A stretch of 64,000 nucleotides of DNA, taken from positions 224,001 to 288,000 of the forward strand of contig JBGARZ010000007.1 of the NCBI GenBank assembly GCA_044229975.1, read 5' to 3'. Shown here one piece after another: positions 57,581 through 64,000 of this stretch. Each line of letters starts with the position of its first letter. The stretch's first letter is position 1. The notes beneath the pieces are model-generated. The model was not told the DNA's origin. It made no database searches and saw only the letters and a program-made list of their open reading frames with translations. The position numbers were made by a program, and so were the translations under genes. This stretch comes from Polyangiales bacterium (GTDB lineage Bacteria; Myxococcota_A; Polyangia; Polyangiales; Ga0077539).

Positions 57581-58687
57581 TCATTCGTCGGACCGGTTGC
57601 GGCCGCGGCGCTCGCAATCCCCTTCGAGGTCGATGGTGTAGTGACTCGTTCGCAGGCGGCCGAGAAACGGCGCCCATCGCATGTGGTCCTCGCCGTCGTA
57701 GCCGTGGTTGCCGCAGTGCCAGGTGATGATGTCGCCCGACTCGCGCTCGCGAATCGCCTCCCAGTCGATGTTGAGCCCCGCCATGTGCGCTCCCGCTGGT
57801 GACGCCCACTCCAGGAGGTGGAGGTGCGGGTGCTTGCGGTCGAGGCCGACCACGCCGCGAGAGCTGTTGCCGCAGATGAAGAATCCCATCGGGAGCACGA
57901 ACTCCGTCGCGCGCCCGTCGTGGTCGTAGTCGCCGATGGAGAGCACCGTCGGTAGCGGGAGGCGCTCGGACTCCGCCAACGTCAGTCGGGGTTCCGGGTA
58001 CGGATGTACCCGTCGATAGACCGCCACCGTGGTCGCGAGCGGCGCCTCGCTGATGGCGTCGCTGGCCGGGACGTTCGCCGAAGGGTTGACGAGGCGATCG
58101 ATCACCACGCCGTCGCGCAGGCGCTCGATCACCGCACGCCGGTTCTCGAATTTCCGATCGTTCCAGTCCAGGCAGTCGGGCTCCTCGGGCAGCGGCTCGG
58201 GCAGGCGCGGCGGCGTCGTGAAGCGCACGCGCCAGACCTCCTCCACACCATCGACCATGACCCGGTGCTCCTCGGCGACGTCGGGCGCACTCACGCGGTT
58301 GCGCTGACAGCGCGCGACCTCGTAGGCGTCGAGGTAGACGTAGCCTTCGGCGCCGGTCGATCGCACCCGCACGCCGCAGAGAACCCCGAGGCGCGAGAGG
58401 TTGCCGCGCGGCACCGACGTCACCGAGAGGAGATCGAGGGCTGTTCCCGCGGGTATCGACTGCGCGCCGTTGTCGCCGATGCCCGGACGCAACCGGAGCG
58501 GGACGCGCGCGTGGAAGTCACAGGGATCGTCGGGCGCGTCGACGGGCGTCGCGTCGGCGGGGCGATCGTCGGTGGATGCGTCGATGGCGTCGATGACGGT
58601 GGCGTCGACGATCGGAGGCGGCGCGAGCTCGGTGGTAGGGGCGCAGGCCGCGAGCAGGACCGCCGCGGACAGTGGGGCGAGGCGCAT
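57581..58687 (-). CDS. Hypothetical lipoprotein with an SH3-like domain
   Basis: LAAC lipobox; RLRP...IPAGTALDLL...VRVRSTGAEGYVY; GDYDHDGRATEF. Confidence 0.7.
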   Translation of the reverse strand: MRLAPLSAAVLLAACAPTTELAPPPIVDATVIDAIDASTDDRPADATPVDAPDDPCDFHARVPLRLRPGIGDNGAQSIPAGTALDLLSVTSVPRGNLSRLGVLCGVRVRSTGAEGYVYLDAYEVARCQRNRVSAPDVAEEHRVMVDGVEEVWRVRFTTPPRLPEPLPEEPDCLDWNDRKFENRRAVIERLRDGVVIDRLVNPSANVPASDAISEAPLATTVAVYRRVHPYPEPRLTLAESERLPLPTVLSIGDYDHDGRATEFVLPMGFFICGNSSRGVVGLDRKHPHLHLLEWASPAGAHMAGLNIDWEAIRERESGDIITWHCGNHGYDGEDHMRWAPFLGRLRTSHYTIDLEGDCERRGRNRSDE

Positions 58688-58819
58688 GGTGGCGAGCGAT
58701 TCAAGAGACGTTCCTCCGCGGGTACGTCTGGCGTCGCAGTCGTTGGCGGGGGACGAGCGTGGGTGAGCGACCACTGCGGTGCGGGTCGATCGAGCGCCGA
58801 CGCGGTAGGGTTCGCGGCC

Positions 58820-59599
58820 ATGGCGAGCGTCCGCAAACCCGCCTCCCCGCGCCTGCCTCCCTTCAGCCCGACGCGCATCAACCTCTATCGGTTCTGTCCG
58901 GCGGCGTACGCGTTTCAGTACGATCGCGGGCTGCGCTGGGGCGGCGTGTCGGCGGCGCAGTCTTTCGGGGGCAGCGTGCATCGCACGTTGCAGGCGTTTC
59001 ACGACGGGGGCGGCGCGGCGGAGGTCTCGCTCGACGACCTCAAGGCGCAGCTCAACGCGAGCTGGTCGGCCGCGGGGTACGGGTCACCCGAGGAGGCGGC
59101 GACGTTTCAAGCGGCGGGCGAGGCGATGCTGGAGCGCTACCACCGCGCGGCGCAGGAGCCCGGCCGCGAGACCATCGGAACCGAGCTGACCGTCCAGCGT
59201 CGCTACGCGAGCTTCGTGCTCTTCGGGAAGGTCGACCGGCTCGATCGCCGACCCGATGGGTCGCTGGAGGTCATCGACTACAAGTCCGGCTGGCGCACCT
59301 ACGACGAGGGCGACGTGCGGGCGAGCCTCGCCATGACCGTCTACCAGGTGATCGTGGCGCGCGAGCACCCGGGCGTGGCGGTGTACACGGGCATCCTCAA
59401 CCTGCGGACGGGCGACGGGGCCTTCGTGCTGCGATCGGACGACGAACTCGACGCGGCCGAGCAGGAGATCACCGAGCAGGTAGAGGTGATCCTGGCGGAT
59501 GCGGTGAAGGCGGCGACGCCGGGCGAGCAGTGCCGCGGGTGTCCGTACCCGAGCGTGTGCCGCGCGGGACGGGCGTGGCTGCTGGCGCATCCGGGGTGA
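58820..59599 (+). CDS. PD-(D/E)XK nuclease family protein (RecB/AddB-like, probable Fe-S)
   Basis: FSPTRINLYRFCP, FGGSVH, GKVDRLD, IDYKSG, CRGCPYPSVC. Confidence 0.9.
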   Translation: MASVRKPASPRLPPFSPTRINLYRFCPAAYAFQYDRGLRWGGVSAAQSFGGSVHRTLQAFHDGGGAAEVSLDDLKAQLNASWSAAGYGSPEEAATFQAAGEAMLERYHRAAQEPGRETIGTELTVQRRYASFVLFGKVDRLDRRPDGSLEVIDYKSGWRTYDEGDVRASLAMTVYQVIVAREHPGVAVYTGILNLRTGDGAFVLRSDDELDAAEQEITEQVEVILADAVKAATPGEQCRGCPYPSVCRAGRAWLLAHPG

Positions 59600-59665
59600 G
59601 CGCAGTCGGCCCGGGCGAACCGGAAGGTAGACGTGGCAGCCGTCATCAACCCGACCGGCCCGGTT

Positions 59666-60223
59666 TCAGGAAGCCGGCGAGTTGCGCGCGGTTGCGCGTA
59701 CGACTGCACGGGCGAATGGGTGGTTCGTGGGGCCTATCGGGCGATTTGGGGACCCACGGAGCGCCACTACTTCCGTGGGTTCCGCTGCGCCGACGCCCCG
59801 CAGTAACGCTCTCATCAACGGGACCCGAGGGGATCGAACCCACTGCGCGGAGAGGTCCGGCGGGGTGAGTCTGACGTTGATCGTTGCCGCGGTCGGTTCC
59901 CCGCGTTCGCCAGGGTCGACGGGCGGGAGGGCGCGCACGCCGCGGCGGAGGCACACATTGAAGCGCCGATCTGGGGTGTTCTCGACGTCCACGCGCGTGA
60001 AGCGTCCGCGCGCGTTGACCCACAGCGTGATCCGCACGCGCACCGGTTCCCGGGGACCGAGCGCGAGTAGTTCCGTCCAGTACCGCGCCAACACCCGACC
60101 GTTGGCGAACACCTGGACGACACTGTTGGCCCGTCGCGCACCCGTCAACCGTGGGTTGGTCTGCGCGTTCGCGGCACTCGCGGCGCACAGGACCGATAGG
60201 ACGACGAAGGACGCGAGACGCAT
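59666..60223 (-). CDS. Exported protein with a TonB-C/AgmX-PglI-like domain; C-terminal tail doubtful
   Basis: Signal peptide; VRVRITLWVNARGRFTRV...FNVCLRR. Confidence 0.55.
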   Translation of the reverse strand: MRLASFVVLSVLCAASAANAQTNPRLTGARRANSVVQVFANGRVLARYWTELLALGPREPVRVRITLWVNARGRFTRVDVENTPDRRFNVCLRRGVRALPPVDPGERGEPTAATINVRLTPPDLSAQWVRSPRVPLMRALLRGVGAAEPTEVVALRGSPNRPIGPTNHPFARAVVRATARNSPAS

Positions 60224-60362
60224 GGACTTGAGGCTACGACGATGCCGTGCCGTCAGTGCAACCAGATGCGGGCCGCGGCAGCCGCGGTGGCGCCGCCGGA
60301 TGTCTCTTGACCGCAACGCTCCACCACGACGTCACTGGCATCGTGGACCATCTCGCCGTCGC

Positions 60363-60498
60363 GGACGTCCCGGTCTCTGCTCCCGGTCAACCAGCCCTCC
60401 GTCGTAGACATCCGGGTCGTTGCTCTTGGACGACCACGCCTTCGGCCAGGACAACCCTCCCAGCGCCCAGGTCGACCCTCCCGATGTCAGGGTCGCGA
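60363..60498. repeat. Phased array of GGWCRWCC-like 8-mers with 21-22 bp period
   Basis: Copies at 60363, 60385, 60406, 60428, 60449, 60470, 60491. Confidence 0.55.
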
Positions 60499-60649
60499 CC
60501 CCATGCCGAGCCTGAATTCCCGCCGTTTCCGCAAATCGTCATCCGCCGCGAAACATCGCGCAACCCGTCCCCCGACATGGCCCTCGCGTGACGATGGTGC
60601 ACCCCGCATGTCGCCGGGACCGCAGCCGCCGCTCCGCAAGCGCAACACC

Positions 60650-61231
60650 ATGTCCAACAAGTCCATCAAGTCCGTCTCCTTCTCCGCTTCGTCGTCCGTC
60701 GCCATCACGGCGGCCCCTCTCGCCTCGGTGGATGACACCGCGGCGTACCTCCGCGACGCGCCGCTGATCATGGCGGTGCTCAACGTCGCGCTCCCCACGG
60801 GCGTGCCCGCCCGCGGTGCCCTCTTCGCCCAGCAGGAGCTGCGCAAGCTCGACGCCGATCTCGGCCCGGACACCAACCTCGCGCTCAAGCAGCTCGTCAC
60901 CCTCGGTCCCGCCGCTCTGGAGGCTGACCTCGGCCCTACGGTGAAGAAGCTCCGCGGCGTCGAGGCGCTCATCCAACGTCGGGTCGACAGCGCCCTCATC
61001 GTCACGCGTCTCCGCGCGCTGCTCCACTACGCCGAGACCATCCAGCGCCTCGCCGACCACGACGCCGTGCTGATGATGGACGCGGTCGGCGAGGCCGTCG
61101 CCTTCCTCGGGCAGTACGACGACTCGCTGCACGATCGCTACCGCGCCACGCTCGACGTCCTCGCCGCCCGCAACGGCAAGATCGCCGAGGGCCGCGCCCG
61201 CTCGCGCACGCCCGACCCCGCCACCCGCTGA
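60650..61231 (+). CDS. Hypothetical helical protein
   Basis: 193-aa ORF with strong GC3 bias; no recognised motif. Confidence 0.7.
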   Translation: MSNKSIKSVSFSASSSVAITAAPLASVDDTAAYLRDAPLIMAVLNVALPTGVPARGALFAQQELRKLDADLGPDTNLALKQLVTLGPAALEADLGPTVKKLRGVEALIQRRVDSALIVTRLRALLHYAETIQRLADHDAVLMMDAVGEAVAFLGQYDDSLHDRYRATLDVLAARNGKIAEGRARSRTPDPATR

Positions 61232-61336
61232 CACTCCCCGCCCGCCGGCTCCCCGGTCGTCGTCCACGGCGGCGCTGGGGAGCCAACCTTTCCCGAATCG
61301 CGCGCCCCATCTCCGCCTATGATCGGCATCCACCCG

Positions 61337-62086
61337 ATGCACCAATACCGCGTCACCTACGCGCGCCGCGACGACCTCCAGCGCGACCTCGACACCCAGC
61401 TCGCCCGCGGCGGGCTCTACGTCCTCGCCGCCCCTCCGACCGAGCTCGCGTACGGCGCCCGCTGCGCCCTGGAGATCGTCGCGCCCGACGGCCGCGCCGT
61501 CTCCGTCGAGGGCGACGTGCTCGCGGTCACGCCCGGCCACGGCCTCGCGCTCTCCGTCGACGCGCCGTCCGTCGACGCGGTGAGGGCGCTCGTCGCCTCG
61601 CTCGGGCCCGACGCCGCGGGCGCCGGCGACACCCGCCACGAGCGCGTCGACGGCAGCACCTCCCGCGAGCCCGCCGCGGTGTCTGCGGTGGATGGCGTTC
61701 AGTCGTGGGACTCGTTGCCCGCGGCCGAAAAGATGCGGCTCGCCCAGCACGGCGGACGCGACGAGCGCGCGGCGGCCCTGCGCGATCGCAACCGCGCGCT
61801 GCACCCGCACGTCCTCAAGAACCCGCGCATGTCCATCGAAGAGGTGGTCGCCATCGCCAAGAACCCGCAGGCCGCGCCCGACATGCTCAAGCTCATCGCC
61901 GATCGCTCCGAGTGGTCGGGGCGCCCCGCCATCGCCGAGGCTCTCGCGCGCAATCCGAAGACGCCCAACGAGGTCGGCGTGAAGATGCTCGCGAGCTGCT
62001 CAGGTGAGTCGGTGCGTCAGATGGCCAAGGGCGTGGGAGCGCCGCCGCACATCTCGCAGGCAGCCCGCAAGCGCGTGCTCGGCTGA
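61337..62086 (+). CDS. PilZ-like N-terminal domain + helical (LRV-like) repeat protein
   Basis: LARGGLYV beta domain; VLKNPRM, IAKNP, LARNPKTP repeats. Confidence 0.7.
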   Translation: MHQYRVTYARRDDLQRDLDTQLARGGLYVLAAPPTELAYGARCALEIVAPDGRAVSVEGDVLAVTPGHGLALSVDAPSVDAVRALVASLGPDAAGAGDTRHERVDGSTSREPAAVSAVDGVQSWDSLPAAEKMRLAQHGGRDERAAALRDRNRALHPHVLKNPRMSIEEVVAIAKNPQAAPDMLKLIADRSEWSGRPAIAEALARNPKTPNEVGVKMLASCSGESVRQMAKGVGAPPHISQAARKRVLG

Positions 62087-62094
62087 CGTCGACG

Positions 62095-63003
62095 CTACCC
62101 GCCGATCGCCGCCATCTCTTCGGCCGAGAGCGTGATGCGACGAGCGTCCCAGTTCTCTTCGAGGTGATCGGGCGAGCTCGTCCCCGGAATCGGCAGCATC
62201 ACCGGAGAGCGCGCCAGCAACCACGCCAGCGCGATCTGCGACGGTGAGGCGCCGTGTCGCCTGGCAATCTTCGCGAGGGCCGGCTTCTCCTCGGCGACAC
62301 TCCCCGCCGCCAATGGGAAGAACGGCAGGTACGCGATGCCGCGCTTCGCACACAGATCGAGCACCGCCGCGGGCGCCTCGACCTCGGCGTGGGAGTACCG
62401 CGCGAGCATTCCGCCGACGCCCGGAACCGTAAGCATGTTCTGCACGGCGACGATGGGCGTTCGCGCCAGCGCCGCTTCGACCTGCTTCGCGTCGACGCAG
62501 CTCAGCGCGAGGTGGCGGATCTTCCCCTCGGCCTGCATCGCCAGCAGCGCATCGAGCGACTCCATCAACGGGACCCCCGACGAAGGCATGTAGCGGAGAT
62601 GCACCACGTCGAGGCGTTCGACGTGCAGCGTGCGGAGGTCGTCCTCGGCGCCGAGGCGCAGCTCCTCGGGGCGTGCAGCGGCCGCCCATCCCTTGTTGGG
62701 AAGCCGCTTGCCACCGAGCTTGGTGGCAATGACCAGGTCGCGCGGATAGGGGTGCAGCGCCTCGAAGATCAGCCGGTTGGCGACGTAGGGACCGTAGTAC
62801 CAGGCCGTGTCGATGAAGTTGATGCCGAGGTCGACCGCGCGGCGGAGCAGCTTGCGCGCGCGATCGGGGTCGTCGGGCTCACCCCAGACGTCCTTGCCGG
62901 GCAGGCGCATGGCGCCGTAACCAAGACGCTGAACCTCGATGTCGCCGAGGCGGATGGTGGCGGGAGCGTGGGCGAAGCCGTCAGTGCGGATGGGGTCGTT
63001 CAT
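62095..63003 (-). CDS. Aldo/keto reductase
   Basis: RLGYGAMRL, IDTAWYYGP, IATKLG, PIPGTSS..HLEEN. Confidence 0.94.
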   Translation of the reverse strand: MNDPIRTDGFAHAPATIRLGDIEVQRLGYGAMRLPGKDVWGEPDDPDRARKLLRRAVDLGINFIDTAWYYGPYVANRLIFEALHPYPRDLVIATKLGGKRLPNKGWAAAARPEELRLGAEDDLRTLHVERLDVVHLRYMPSSGVPLMESLDALLAMQAEGKIRHLALSCVDAKQVEAALARTPIVAVQNMLTVPGVGGMLARYSHAEVEAPAAVLDLCAKRGIAYLPFFPLAAGSVAEEKPALAKIARRHGASPSQIALAWLLARSPVMLPIPGTSSPDHLEENWDARRITLSAEEMAAIGG

Positions 63004-63057
63004 GGCGGCGATTGTGCGGTCGTCGAGCGGGCGCCGCTTGGGCGATGTTGGCGCTTT

Positions 63058-63552
63058 TCAGCGCGGGCCGCGTGTCCCTGCGGTGAAGCGCTCGGCCAGC
63101 CACCACGCGAGGCGCGCGGGCGCCGCGCACGCCCCCTCCGTGCGTCGGGCGAGGTCTCTGGGGTTGGCCGGGAGGTGGCCCGCGTAGTGGTCGGCGGGGA
63201 AGTCCATCGAGTAGGTCGGGTCGCCTGGGAAGATGCCCTCGGGCGCGCATCGCGGAACGGCGTAGACCTCCTGCACGCGCGTCACCAGCGCGACGCGGTC
63301 GGCGTCGGAGAGCACCACCCGCTGCGTCGCGAAGCACGTCCCCGCGAGGCGCGAGACGCAGCCGATCATCGTCCACGGCAGCGAGCCCAGGTCGAGGTTG
63401 ACGTTGGCGTAACTCGTGGACGCGGTGCCCGGCAGGCCCACCTGGGCGTGGATGCGCGCGGGCAGCGGGCGCGGCGCCGACGGTGTCTGCGCGTGGGCGG
63501 TAGAGATGAGCGACCCGAGCGCGACGACGGACAGGAGGGCGGCGTATCGCAT
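63058..63552 (-). CDS. Hypothetical secreted protein
   Basis: Signal peptide ending AHA; four Cys. Confidence 0.6.
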   Translation of the reverse strand: MRYAALLSVVALGSLISTAHAQTPSAPRPLPARIHAQVGLPGTASTSYANVNLDLGSLPWTMIGCVSRLAGTCFATQRVVLSDADRVALVTRVQEVYAVPRCAPEGIFPGDPTYSMDFPADHYAGHLPANPRDLARRTEGACAAPARLAWWLAERFTAGTRGPR

Positions 63553-63594
63553 CGCCCCATCGTGGACTCGCCCGGTGGCGACGGCAAAGAGCCC

Positions 63595-64000
63595 TCAGCG
63601 CGGTCGACGGACGCCCAGCTTCTCCATGCGCGAGCGCAGCGTGCTCGGTTGCAGGCCCAGCCGCGCGGCCGCGCCCGACACCCCCTCCACCGTCCAGCCC
63701 GACTCCTCCAACACACGAACGATGTGCGACCGCTCGACCTCGCGCAGCGACGCGTCGTTCACCACCGGGTGCGCCGTCACCGGTGTCGGCGGCGCGGGAC
63801 GCGAGGTCAGCGGGGGAAGGTCGTCGCGCTCGATGCGCTCGCCGCGAGCGAGGATGGCGGCGCGCTCGATGACGTTCTGGAGCTCGCGAACGTTGCCCGG
63901 CCACTGGTACGCCTCGAGCATCGCGAGCGCCTCGGGCGACACGCCGCGCAGGGTCTTGTGCAGCCGCACGCTCGCCGACTCCACGAAGGCCGCGACGAGC
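63595..64000 (-). CDS. Sigma54-dependent Fis-family regulator (FhlA-like), C-terminal part only
   Basis: YQWPGNVRELQNVIERA; GAAARLGLQPSTLRSRMEKLG HTH. Confidence 0.92.
   Translation of the reverse strand, partial: LVAAFVESASVRLHKTLRGVSPEALAMLEAYQWPGNVRELQNVIERAAILARGERIERDDLPPLTSRPAPPTPVTAHPVVNDASLREVERSHIVRVLEESGWTVEGVSGAAARLGLQPSTLRSRMEKLGVRRPR

Noticed and set aside
58820..59599. Cas4 / CRISPR adaptation gene
   Set aside because: Four-Cys PD-(D/E)XK pattern is shared with stand-alone RecB/AddB-like nucleases; no cas1, cas2 or array nearby

Overview
Very GC-rich bacterial chromosomal window; gene content (Uma2 nuclease, Ser/Thr kinase, Cys-rich repeat lipoprotein, PilZ- and AgmX-like proteins, sigma54 regulator) points to a myxobacterium, likely Polyangiales-like (inference). 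It holds about 52 CDS and one tRNA-Arg(ACG). Recognisable genes include chrA, mfd, mtnA, a HipA-like kinase/DUF3037 pair, a YhaO/YhaN nuclease-ATPase pair, a sulfur-binding-domain HNH nuclease, a HelD/UvrD-like helicase, a BVMO and a MoxR-DUF58-vWA operon. No CRISPR array, prophage or intact transposase was seen. Most notable: (1) a two-gene module at 1870-4915, a small adaptor-like protein plus an 884-aa protein with secretion-effector-like N-terminal beta domains and a divergent nitrilase-fold (E-K-C) domain; (2) a MoxR/vWA operon extended by a NIDO-domain protein and a frameshifted beta-propeller/redoxin-like gene; (3) a 100-bp-arm inverted repeat and other REP-like non-coding structures; (4) a 21-bp-phased motif array; (5) an uncharacterised four-gene operon upstream of the tRNA. 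All assignments are by eye from motifs; no database searches were run.
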